Shown here: one piece after another, positions 28,448-38,145 of the stretch | Layout: each line of letters opens with the position of its first letter | How positions within the stretch are numbered: position 1 is the stretch's first letter | IMG/VR virus record: IMGVR_UViG_3300046330_000229 | Coordinates: 18,266 to 82,265 of that record | From: a virus | Length of the DNA: 64,000 bases | Direction: 5' to 3' (one strand) | Program-made: the position numbers and the translations under genes | The notes under the pieces: model-generated | What the model was told of the DNA's origin: nothing | What the model saw: only the letters and a program-made list of their open reading frames with translations | Database searches by the model: none

Positions 28448-30327
28448 ATGAAAATTTCAAAAGAATTACAAACTGAATATAAAAGACTAACAAGACTCAA
28501 TAAAGCTATGATTAAAGCCGTTTTAAATTTTAATGATTTTGATTCTTATGTTTTAAGTATCAAGGATAGTCTAGAGCGTATTGAACAGATTAAAAAAGGA
28601 GTAAAATAATATGTATAAAATTGAGACAAACTTAACTGAAACACCTTACGTCAATCAAATATGTGTAAGACTTAACGCTTTAAAAGGCATATACGGATTA
28701 TGTCAACTAGAATCTTGTCTTGCTGTAATCCTAGCCGGTCAATCGTCTAAACAAGTAATTTTAGCAAGACATATACATAACCTTGTGTTAAGCTATGACA
28801 AGACAGATATAAACGACGCACTATATATCATGTGCTTATTACAAAATACACAAGAGGTTGCATAGTTATGTACAAAAGAAAAACACAAGACGAATATATT
28901 TTATTAGGTAACTACGGCTACGGTCATGGTTATGAGGAGTTAACTGCGGAAAGTAGTCGCATTGAAATTAGACAGCGCCTAAAAGAATATAAAGAAAACG
29001 ACTCTTATGCTTTAGACTTTAAAATAATTAAAAAACGCGTGAAAATTGAAACTAATGAGGTAACTTAACATGAAAACAGCATATGATTTTTTAATGAAAC
29101 TGTACGATGATATGACTAATGACGAAAATAGAGACGAGCAGCTTTATTCAGAATTAGAATCAACACTAGTCACACTTAAAAATGAAATGGACGGACTTTA
29201 ATATGGAAAAACAATTTTATACAAAAACCGGTCAACTAACAGACTACGCACTAGCGTGCGGATATATGCAGACCTTTGAAGCATTAGACGAGCGCCTTTG
29301 TTTATATAAAGAACACAATGCGTATCATGTAAAAATGACAAGCAATGTATCAAGAGTCTGGGAGGTGTTCGACACGTTAACAGAGGCTAGACAGTTTTAT
29401 AAAAAAGAATATCTAAAGCTTGAACTAGCAAGATTAAATTCAAGACTAGGCTTTACAGCAAATTGTGACTTGTTATATAAAAAGATTGATAAAATAGAAA
29501 AAACTTTAAAAGGAATGAACTAGTATGATGAAATATCAAGTAGATATTGAATTTAGGTATACGACAAAAAATGATGACGACGAAACTGATTATCATTTTA
29601 AAACTTGTGTTATAGGCATATACAACACACTAGACGATGCTGTACAAGCTGGAAACATTATGCTTGAGTCACAACTAGAGACTAGGTTTAAATTAAATGA
29701 ACATTGGAACGTAAAGGAACGGTTTTCTAAAAATAATGTCTTAATAAGTGAACTAGCATATTTAAGGACACCATTTCAATTTTTTGCTAGAATTAAGCCG
29801 TTACACTTTACAGATGTTGGTGAAGCTGTTGAAAATATACTAGGACTTAAATAGTATGATGAAATATGCAATATACTTCTATGACAAAAAAGGTAACAAT
29901 ATAAAAATCATATCGAGACATAAAACTATTTCAAGCGCAATGAAAAAACGAGCAAAAGGCGGCTCTAGACTTGAGGATATTGCAGCATCTATGGTAGGTC
30001 TTGAATATGTATTTTTTAAAATAGACACAATGCAAGATTTATTAGAAAAACCTTATAACATAACTTATTTTAGAGGAGTGAAGTAATATGTCAAAATTGC
30101 AATGGAATATGCGGACTTCTGTCAGCGATCAGATTCCTTTTTTTGTTAACAACGACTATCTAGTGCCCTATATTATTCGTCTTAACTCAAACAATACATA
30201 TACAGTATACGACACGCGTCGCTATGGCTCGCGTCAAGACTTTAATTTTTTTGGATACAGCGTTGTGTCTGTACATAAAAGTCTAGTTCAAGCTAAACGT
30301 AAGGTTAGCATTTTAAATAAAGGCTAG
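28448..30327 (+). other. run of small early hypothetical genes
   Basis: Closely packed 50-110 aa ORFs, most with SD sequences. Confidence 0.6.
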
Positions 30328-30329
30328 TC

Positions 30330-30776
30330 ATGTTTTACTATGTAACAAACACTATGCTATTTATATCAGGATTGATCTTGATATCACAAGGTTGCGCAAA
30401 AAAAGAGCCTGAAATGTTCGATCAATATCTTGTGACTTTCCAAGTCGAGGCCATAAACAGAGGCATTGATATTCAGCGCATGAGACTGCCTACTATGCAC
30501 ATATACGACCGCTTTCCTGACAGTCTAGGCAATACGCTAGGATATTGTAGGCGAGGGGACGGCGTGCCCTCTGTACATATAAGCTTGTATCAATGGAATA
30601 AAATGACAGCCGGCTGTAAAGAACGACATATTTTTCATGAACTAGGTCATTGCGTGCTGAACAAAGGTCATACAGAGGGCGGCTTTTCAATCATGACTAC
30701 ATATCAGCAATGGAATTGTTCATTTTACGAAAATAATAGAACGGCGAGCCTAGATGATTTATTTGAGAGGAAATAG
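30330..30776 (+). CDS. lipoprotein zinc metallopeptidase (matrixin-like)
   Basis: Lipobox-like SQGC, FHELGHCVLNKGH (HExxHxxxxxH), Met-turn SIM. Confidence 0.75.
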   Translation: MFYYVTNTMLFISGLILISQGCAKKEPEMFDQYLVTFQVEAINRGIDIQRMRLPTMHIYDRFPDSLGNTLGYCRRGDGVPSVHISLYQWNKMTAGCKERHIFHELGHCVLNKGHTEGGFSIMTTYQQWNCSFYENNRTASLDDLFERK

Positions 30777-31374
30777 ATAAGATGAAATTTAAAAATATAA
30801 ATGAACTATATGACAGATACGAATATTTAAAAGTTATGGCAGACAGAAAATCAGCGTGGAATAAGGAATCAATATCTTATGATCTTAATATTCAAAAACT
30901 AAGACAGTACGCTTTTGAGTTACGCTGTACACTTAAAGACTTAACACCTAGCGAGCAAGTTTTATTGGTCAACATAACAGAAAGTAATAGGTAGTATAAT
31001 GAATCATATACAGTGGCTTTATTCGCAATTAAAAGATCATGGTCAAGCGACGCAACGTGACTATCTGAATCATGTACCCGAGTCAATATCACGCAACGAC
31101 GCTCTGCTATGGTTGTATAAACTAGAAAAGAAAAGACTAGTTATGATTGACTATACTAAGAAAAATCCAGTGTTCTATCTACGCGAATACACTGGGGAAT
31201 ATTCAAATTAACGCGTAAAGGGGTCTTGCGGAATTTTAAATTTTGGGGTATACTTAACCATACCCTCGAAATAAAAAACTTTTTACCTCTAAGAGACTTT
31301 TATATTTTGAAAGTGAAAATCAAAGCCAGAAATTACGAATTGACCCTAAGTCCCCCATATACAAAGGATGCAGC

Positions 31375-32397
31375 ATGAAAATAGTTAAGTGTAAAGAATC
31401 AGCGAAAAGCCACTACGGAAGATCGGTTTTGTTTTACAATCCAACAAAAGGTTTGTATAGTTTTAATTCTGGTATAAAATTGGCCGTCTTGCAAGTAAAC
31501 ACAACCCAATTGATCAGTTTACGATCTGGAGAAGATCAATACTTAGACCAAATAAGTAAAGAGTTAGGGGTAGACAGAAGCAATTTTATTATTGAAGAAC
31601 AATTTGTTGAAGACGTGTCAGTTAATCACGCAGGTGAACACACTCATTTAGTTAGTGTAATTAAAACGGAGAACACTTCACTACCTTTTGGTACATATAA
31701 GCTTGTAACTATTAATCATACCGATTATTTGAAGCCTATTAAAATGGATAGTACTATTATTAAAGTTGGTGACAATCGTATTCACAACGAGGTGGCGGGA
31801 TTCTTTAAAGATGCGCCAGTAGGACGCAGAAACAAAAAGGGTATCCTTGCTTATGGTAGGCCAGGCAACGGTAAGACCAGCGACATCATGCAGTTAGACG
31901 CATTAGCTAAGACTGAAGGGTTCTACGTTCTTATTCCACAAGATATGATTATTTTACAAGACTTTGCTGAAGTGTTTAAGAATAAAAATACTGTAGTCAT
32001 TTTAGAAGAGACTACACAAATGCTGGAACGCGGGGCTTTAGAGAGCATTCTTAGCTTCCTTGACGGTGAGTATTCATGGGACAACTGTGTTACAGTGTGT
32101 ACAACCAACTATCCTGATGACTTCCCTTCTAATATTATCGATAGACCTGGACGCATTGATACGTTTATTGAGTATAAGAATCCAAGCAGCGAGGAAATTA
32201 CAGCATTGGTACTGAAGTTCGGATTACCTGCTGACGACGCATTACCGCTTCAAGGTAAAGACTTGTCCTTTGATTACGTGTCACATGTGTGTAGTATAGC
32301 TAAACAAACTGGTGAGCCTGTCAGCAAGGTTTACAATGATATGAAAGATCGTCGTAAGTTCTTATCTGAAACATTCAAAGGGAAGATGGGTTTATAA
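31375..32397 (+). CDS. AAA+ ATPase, similar to 16357-17319
   Basis: GRPGNGKT, VILEE, LSFLDG, CTTNYP, RPGRID. Confidence 0.85.
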   Translation: MKIVKCKESAKSHYGRSVLFYNPTKGLYSFNSGIKLAVLQVNTTQLISLRSGEDQYLDQISKELGVDRSNFIIEEQFVEDVSVNHAGEHTHLVSVIKTENTSLPFGTYKLVTINHTDYLKPIKMDSTIIKVGDNRIHNEVAGFFKDAPVGRRNKKGILAYGRPGNGKTSDIMQLDALAKTEGFYVLIPQDMIILQDFAEVFKNKNTVVILEETTQMLERGALESILSFLDGEYSWDNCVTVCTTNYPDDFPSNIIDRPGRIDTFIEYKNPSSEEITALVLKFGLPADDALPLQGKDLSFDYVSHVCSIAKQTGEPVSKVYNDMKDRRKFLSETFKGKMGL

Positions 32398-32398
32398 T

Positions 32399-32740
32399 AT
32401 GAAGCTAACTGAAAAAGAACAACAAGAAGTGTCGGCTATTCTACGCAACACACAATCGGTATCACCTATCGTAACAAGTATGTACGACGAAACAATTGAA
32501 TGCAATCCCGAGCTTAGACTATTACGTAAGAAGTTGTACAAGGCTATTGCGTTTAGTAAGCCAACGTATGGGAGACATACCAACCATTTCCGTAACGTTG
32601 ACATGACCCTGGACTACATCTTTAACGATATGAAATATTATGAACTGAGTAAGAAGTACAAAGTATGCCGGACTTTAGTTAGCGTTACAATAGCTAGAAC
32701 TGTATCTGACTTAAAGAAAGAAATACTTGAGCACATTTAA
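32399..32740 (+). CDS. HTH DNA-binding protein (sigma region 4-like C-terminus)
   Basis: MKYYELSKKYKVCRTLVSVTI HTH pattern. Confidence 0.5.
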   Translation: MKLTEKEQQEVSAILRNTQSVSPIVTSMYDETIECNPELRLLRKKLYKAIAFSKPTYGRHTNHFRNVDMTLDYIFNDMKYYELSKKYKVCRTLVSVTIARTVSDLKKEILEHI

Positions 32741-33287
32741 TCTATACAAAATTATAGCTAGAACAAGTGCTAATCATCCTCTGATTAAAAAATTCATCAG
32801 CAAACATCACTATATCGGTACTCTTAGTCGCGGTAATCAGTATGTGTATTGTTTGGGTATAGGTAACAAATTAGTAGGGGTGGCTATCTACGGTACTCCG
32901 GTTGGAACATATTGTAGTCAAAAATACGGAAACGTAATAGAACTTAAACGCTTCGCATTGTCTCCGGAATGTCCTAAGAACACAGGCTCGTGGTTTCTAG
33001 CTAAATGTCATAAGCTATTACCCAAAGGTCTGTCAGTTCTATCGTACTGTGATCCTAGCGCCGGACACGAAGGCACCCTATATCGTGCGGCTAACTTTAT
33101 GTATCTAGGTAAACAAAAACACCCATCTTTTATGATTAAAGTAAAAGGAGAGAAAAAACTATACCCAGCTAGTGTTATGTACAGATCAAAGAAAACAGGA
33201 GCTAGACTTAAACTATTGAAACAGCAAGGATTAGCCAAACAAGTTACAGCACCCTCTAAACACATATTCATATACAAAAGAACTTAG
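32727..33287 (+). CDS. mom: Mom-family (GNAT-fold) DNA adenine modification enzyme
   Basis: FISKHHY, LVGVAIYG, ELKRF, PKNTGSWFL, LSYCDP..GHEGTLYRAANF, as in Mu Mom homologs. Confidence 0.8.
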   Translation: MSTFNLYKIIARTSANHPLIKKFISKHHYIGTLSRGNQYVYCLGIGNKLVGVAIYGTPVGTYCSQKYGNVIELKRFALSPECPKNTGSWFLAKCHKLLPKGLSVLSYCDPSAGHEGTLYRAANFMYLGKQKHPSFMIKVKGEKKLYPASVMYRSKKTGARLKLLKQQGLAKQVTAPSKHIFIYKRT

Positions 33288-33289
33288 AC

Positions 33290-33654
33290 GATACACCGAG
33301 CAATCCATAACATAACACTGGTTACATTAGGAGTCTTCTTGTGTAGCTATTCTTTCCCAGTGTTTACTTCAGCTAGCCATAAGTCTTTGTGCATTACAGC
33401 ACCATAGATTAATGTCTTCTCGTCTTTGCTATCTCGTTACGTTACCCTATTTAAGTTCGGGCACTTCTCTTGACCTAGCAAGCTCACACTCGTATATCGT
33501 CTGAACGTTGTCTCTTGATTTGTTCTCGGTATTATCGATAGCACAAACCCAGGTTTTCATTTCCTGCCATATACTGAAACAACTTCCATGCGCTTATCGT
33601 TACATAAGCCGTGCCTTGTTTAAAGAGCGGTAGGCGTTGCATGCTCTGTGTATC
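33290..33654 (-). ncRNA. candidate ~365 nt structured ncRNA
   Basis: No ORF; 13 bp terminal inverted repeat (12/13); internal hairpins; dedicated minus-strand promoter at 33655-33683. Confidence 0.55.
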
Positions 33655-33720
33655 AATATAACACAAAATGTAGCAATTGTCAAATAAAATCTTGACATTA
33701 CGTTAAATCTATGTTAAAAT
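33655..33720. promoter_or_regulatory. back-to-back divergent sigma70 promoters
   Basis: Minus: TTGACA(33683-78)-17-TATATT(33660-55). Plus: TTGACA(33692-97)-17-TAAAAT(33715-20). Confidence 0.8.
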
Positions 33721-33729
33721 GGATAAATT

Positions 33730-34326
33730 ATGGAGTTAAACCAAATGACAATACAATTACCAAGTCCGTATATATGGGTTACAGAGTTTAACGATCAAGC
33801 TGTTCAAAAGTTCTTTGACCAGTTTACACAAATGGAATCAGATCCTACCATTGAGGTCATCACCGTTGTGATAGATAGTTTTGGCGGACAAGCTTACTCT
33901 ATGTTTGCTATGCGCGATTTAATCAAAACTAGTAAGAAGCCGGTTTCAACTGTAGCTCTAGGTAAGGCCATGAGCTGCGGGGCGTGGTTGTTAGCTGCCG
34001 GTACAAAAGGACTACGTTACATTTCACCTAGTACTCATGTCATGATTCACCAGATCTCTTCAGGTGCGGCTGGTAAACTAGAGGACATGAAAGTGGATTT
34101 AAATCACAGCACAGATTTGAGTGTGCAAGCTTTTAATTTGTTAGCCAGTGATATTGGTATGCCGGTCAATAAACTTAAAGCTTTAGTTAAGGGTGAAACT
34201 AATTCCGATCTTTACTTAACACCTAAAGAGTGCTTGAAGATGAAGATTGTTGATTTTATAGATATACCTCGTATGGCATTTATTCCACCTATGCAAACAT
34301 TAACCACTAATGTTAAGAGACGATAA
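33730..34326 (+). CDS. clpP: ClpP-like protease
   Basis: IDSFGG, GKAMSCG (Ser), MIHQIS (His), DLYLTPKEC...IVD. Confidence 0.85.
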   Translation: MELNQMTIQLPSPYIWVTEFNDQAVQKFFDQFTQMESDPTIEVITVVIDSFGGQAYSMFAMRDLIKTSKKPVSTVALGKAMSCGAWLLAAGTKGLRYISPSTHVMIHQISSGAAGKLEDMKVDLNHSTDLSVQAFNLLASDIGMPVNKLKALVKGETNSDLYLTPKECLKMKIVDFIDIPRMAFIPPMQTLTTNVKRR

Positions 34327-35189
34327 TGGATAGACCTTGGGTACATATTAAAAATACCCAAGATACATACCGAACTTTATACAGGCTTTTGTACTTGGGG
34401 TTTGATGTTGTTGTTGAGTATACGATGAAACATAATAGCAAAGGACACCTTTTTAATTTTTATTGTAACTACCATTGTATTTCCGGCCGAGTTAGAATGG
34501 TTGCTAATGTTAAAGTTTACTCTGAGGATTTTGATAGTTTTAATGAAGATGTATATAGTAGTTTTATAAGAAAAGAATCAGATAGACTCCATCCAGAAGG
34601 TGCGATAGTTTGTTAAATTTAAGGTACACCAGAACTAATGAAAAACTCATACCTTGGTTGTTTAAACTAGGGTGCGATGATATACATTTACATTTTACTA
34701 CACATACTATAAATTTTACTGTATGTTTACACATACACGACACCGATTCTAGTATGATGTTTAAAGATACTTTTAGAGTAAAAAATCCGGATACGGCAGT
34801 TAGCGATGCTTTAAAGCACATGACAAGGATTTATATATTTTTATCAATTGATGACATAAAATATTGCGATGAATAAATATATATCAATTACTTATCAAAA
34901 CGAACATACAATTAACACAATCAGGCTGTTACATTATGTAGGTATTGATAAAATTGAGCTATGCTTTTATATAAAAAATAGCAACACAAGAGTTTATATA
35001 GAAACTAGACGACTAACCTCGGAAATATATCCGTTTGGCTTTGAAGCTCACGGCGGCGAGCTTATTGGATGTCGGGGCACAGAAGTCGATTTTAAGAATT
35101 GTGCGTATGACACTATAACTAAAACTACCCGCATGTCTCCATCAAACTTCGACGAACTGGTTCAAACTGATCCGATTTTTCTTTTATAA
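34326..35189 (+). repeat. three tandem diverged paralogs coupled to the ClpP gene
   Basis: RLLYLGFD / WLFKLGCD / LLHYVGID motif at a similar position in ORFs 34326, 34610 and 34869. Confidence 0.55.
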
Positions 35190-35249
35190 TAAAATAAGTA
35201 TTGACATATTAATTCTTTTATGTTAAACTGTATACAACAAGGAGACAAT

Positions 35250-36236
35250 ATGAAATATATGTATATGATTCTAACTTTAGCTATTGCGGGATGTTCTGTG
35301 GAGCGTTCATTAGAGGCTACGGTAACAGCAGTTAACGGTACGTCTTGTTCTGTGGCACCAGAATACGCCGTAGATGAAAGCGAAGAAGTTACTTCAACTT
35401 CATTAAAACAAATCGGAGCCAGAATTTCCTGTACAGACGGAAGTTACTCCATCGTTTTAAACGGAGAAAAGGGTGTTGACGGTATTCAAGGTGAAGCCGG
35501 ACAAAGCTGTCAAGCTTCACGTAGCAGAGGATCTAATCACGTAACCCTTCAATGTCCCAATCAGCGCCCATTACACATTTCTGATGGAGAAGATGGTACT
35601 AGTTGTTCTTCTGTAAGATTACGTAATTCGGTACAGATTAAATGCGGTAATCGTATTACTTATGTATACGATGGTGACGACGGGCACTCTGTTGTGACAC
35701 AAACTCAACCAGCATCTACTAGAGAATGTCTAACAAGCGGTACGAGATTAGATTTATACATGGATCGAGACGACAGTTTATCAGTTACACGCTCGGATTC
35801 TTATTTAAGTTCTGTAATTACTTGTAACGGACTAAACGGCCTTCAAGGTGTAGCTGGTCCCATTGGGCCGCAAGGATTGACTGGTTCTGTCGGCGCTACA
35901 GGGACAACTGGTGCTGTTGGACCTCAAGGTTTGACTGGAACCGCTGGACCGGTTGGCCCTCAAGGTCCCATTGGACCACAGGGCATTCAAGGTCCTTCTG
36001 GTACAAACTCAGGAGCCACCATAACAAATTACGGATCAAATTCGTGTACTAGGATTACTGGAACAAACAGTTATGTAAAACCGACTGGATCTAATAATAT
36101 AGGATTATACACAACTTCTAATTGTGCGTCAAATTCTAAATTTGCTGAAGTATCTCAAGGTGAAGCGTATTGGGTGTCGTCTACGTCTTTAGGTACTTGG
36201 GTTGACGGTTGTTTACGAGTAATCACTTTTAACTAA
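35250..36236 (+). CDS. collagen-repeat, Cys-rich lipoprotein
   Basis: Lipobox IAGC, repeated Cys-paired G-x-D-G-x-S-C modules, ~20 Gly-X-Y triplets; own promoter TTGACA(35201)-17-TAAACT. Confidence 0.8.
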   Translation: MKYMYMILTLAIAGCSVERSLEATVTAVNGTSCSVAPEYAVDESEEVTSTSLKQIGARISCTDGSYSIVLNGEKGVDGIQGEAGQSCQASRSRGSNHVTLQCPNQRPLHISDGEDGTSCSSVRLRNSVQIKCGNRITYVYDGDDGHSVVTQTQPASTRECLTSGTRLDLYMDRDDSLSVTRSDSYLSSVITCNGLNGLQGVAGPIGPQGLTGSVGATGTTGAVGPQGLTGTAGPVGPQGPIGPQGIQGPSGTNSGATITNYGSNSCTRITGTNSYVKPTGSNNIGLYTTSNCASNSKFAEVSQGEAYWVSSTSLGTWVDGCLRVITFN

Positions 36237-36247
36237 TAGGGGTATAT

Positions 36248-36760
36248 ATGAATAAATATTTAATTACAACACTAACTTTAACAGCGGCAGCTTTAATCTT
36301 ACTTGTGGGAGCAACCTCTTCAGCAGCTTCATGCGAATATGACCGAAAGATGGTAACAGAGCCAGTAGAATATTCGGTAAACAAAGGACTACCTTCACAT
36401 TTAAAGGGAGCGACGATCACTATTACATTATCTGACGGTAAAAGTTCAACGGTCTCGGCTGAAAAGTTTATGGTAGTACCGCGAGTACAACGTACAATAG
36501 TAGGTGAGAATAAGCTTATTATTGTTAAAAAAACATGTCAAGATGATTTAAATAAGAACACCCTTATGATTGAAGGTCGTCACGACATTAAGAATGTTGT
36601 TACAGAGAAGCAAGGACTATCGGCACACACTTACGCTGAAAAAGAACTAATTCCTGGAATTGACTACTATCGTCGTCAGATTTTAGACACACCCATCGGC
36701 GCTGGAATCGGCATAGATACTAATGCTACACCTAAAGTGTTTTTAGGCATTGATTTCTAA
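36248..36760 (+). CDS. exported protein with C-terminal beta-strands
   Basis: Signal peptide; ends in VFLGIDF, resembling an outer-membrane beta-signal. Confidence 0.55.
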   Translation: MNKYLITTLTLTAAALILLVGATSSAASCEYDRKMVTEPVEYSVNKGLPSHLKGATITITLSDGKSSTVSAEKFMVVPRVQRTIVGENKLIIVKKTCQDDLNKNTLMIEGRHDIKNVVTEKQGLSAHTYAEKELIPGIDYYRRQILDTPIGAGIGIDTNATPKVFLGIDF

Positions 36761-36765
36761 TATTT

Positions 36766-36832
36766 GCGGGAGTCATCAACAAATAGACTGAATATGTTGC
36801 GGAACACGTTCTCTAGATGGCTCTCGCTTTTT
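36766..36832 (+). terminator. long-loop stem with U-tract (terminator or small RNA)
   Basis: GCGGGAGTCATC / GATGGCTCTCGC 12 bp stem with G-U pairs, then TTTTT. Confidence 0.55.
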
Positions 36833-37410
36833 CTTAAATATCACTTGACAATAGTGCGGTTTTGTGTTATCTTTAATTAACAAAGAGGAACTATGAAAAA
36901 ATTAATGTACAACGTTGAGTTTGATCAGATGGGTATTTTAATTAAACGACACGGCATGTGGTTAATTGACATAGGATTTGTTACAGGCAATAGAGCCTAC
37001 ACGCCTAAGTGGATTGAAATAGGGGTATTATGATTGTTGAATTATTGTTATTTTATATGTGCTTAGTAATGACAGGAGCACTTTCTATCTATCTGAGAAA
37101 CAAAGCCCCTTCCCCCTGTAGTGAATGCGGAGACACAGTAAAAACAACAGGTTACGACAATATTAATGGAACTACCATTAAAGTTAAAGTGTGTAGAAAC
37201 TGCAAAAAGAGGCAATAATGAAATTTAAAGGCGTATTGATTACTGACATTGACGGCACTAAATTAATTAGACAATACACAAAAGATGGCGAATTTATAGA
37301 TTATAAGATTAATAACAGCAGTCTTATTATTGAAGTTAACGATAAGACCGCTACTACTAGAGTGGATGAAGACGGTCAGCATTGGATTGAAGAGTTAATA
37401 TAAATAGTTC

Positions 37411-37439
37411 TTGACAATAGAGGTAGTTTAGTGTATACT
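37411..37439 (+). promoter_or_regulatory. sigma70 promoter, leaderless
   Basis: TTGACA-17-TATACT; ATG at 37446. Confidence 0.75.
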
Positions 37440-37937
37440 GATAATATGACTAATGATGATTTGTACTACATAGCTCGGCATCTTGTTGATAATATGGACA
37501 CTTTGTTTTCTAACTACGTGGAAGCTAAAACACCCGTTGGAATAAAAGAGTACATTCAAGCACGGACTGCTACGGACTTAAACCACAAATATACTAGTCG
37601 TCAAATTCAAGAAGCTTTTGAAAGTACTAAAATAAAAACTCTAATGGAGTTCTACCTAATGGAAGATGATTATGACAAAAAGAATAGTATACATTAAAAA
37701 CCAAGATGGATCTTTAAAATCCAAAGGTGAAATTAGAAACAAGTTTGGTCACGGTTTTGTTGTGGCTGTAATTTCTACAGGCAGAGCAGCAGTGATTACC
37801 AGTTCTGACAGCACTATTACACAGCTAACGCTTACTGCTACTAGTTTCCATAAAATTAAAATCAAGATCAAAAAGACTCTAACCGAACTTGGTTGTGAGT
37901 TTGAGCCTGAAGTTAGAAAACCTAGAAAATAATGTTT

Positions 37938-38125
37938 GCGAGAGCCGTGTGGAAAGCTGTGGCGCGTGCGGACGAAAGTCTACGAACCACTAGAGACATA
38001 CATACTTAGATTGAGCTAAGTAGCAATGGGTTTACGTAACAACGGCTCGTAATACGTTGTTTATGAGTACAGGGTAAGAGGCTGTACACCTTTACTGCAA
38101 GTCATAGTAGCGTATGACCTCTCAC
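37938..38125 (+). ncRNA. candidate tRNA-like multi-stem ncRNA upstream of nrdB
   Basis: Closing GAGAG/CTCTC stem; five internal hairpins including GGAC-GAAA-GTCT and a T-arm-like GTCATA-GTAGCG-TATGAC. Confidence 0.65.
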
Positions 38126-38145
38126 TTTTTTAAACAAAGGACACC

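Noticed and set aside
33290-33654. Group I intron, tmRNA or RNase P identity for the structured element
   Set aside because: Weak R/S-like strings occur (TTCAGACGATA, AAGACATTAATC), but P7 pairing is poor and no gene is interrupted. It has no tRNA-like ends or RNase P consensus.
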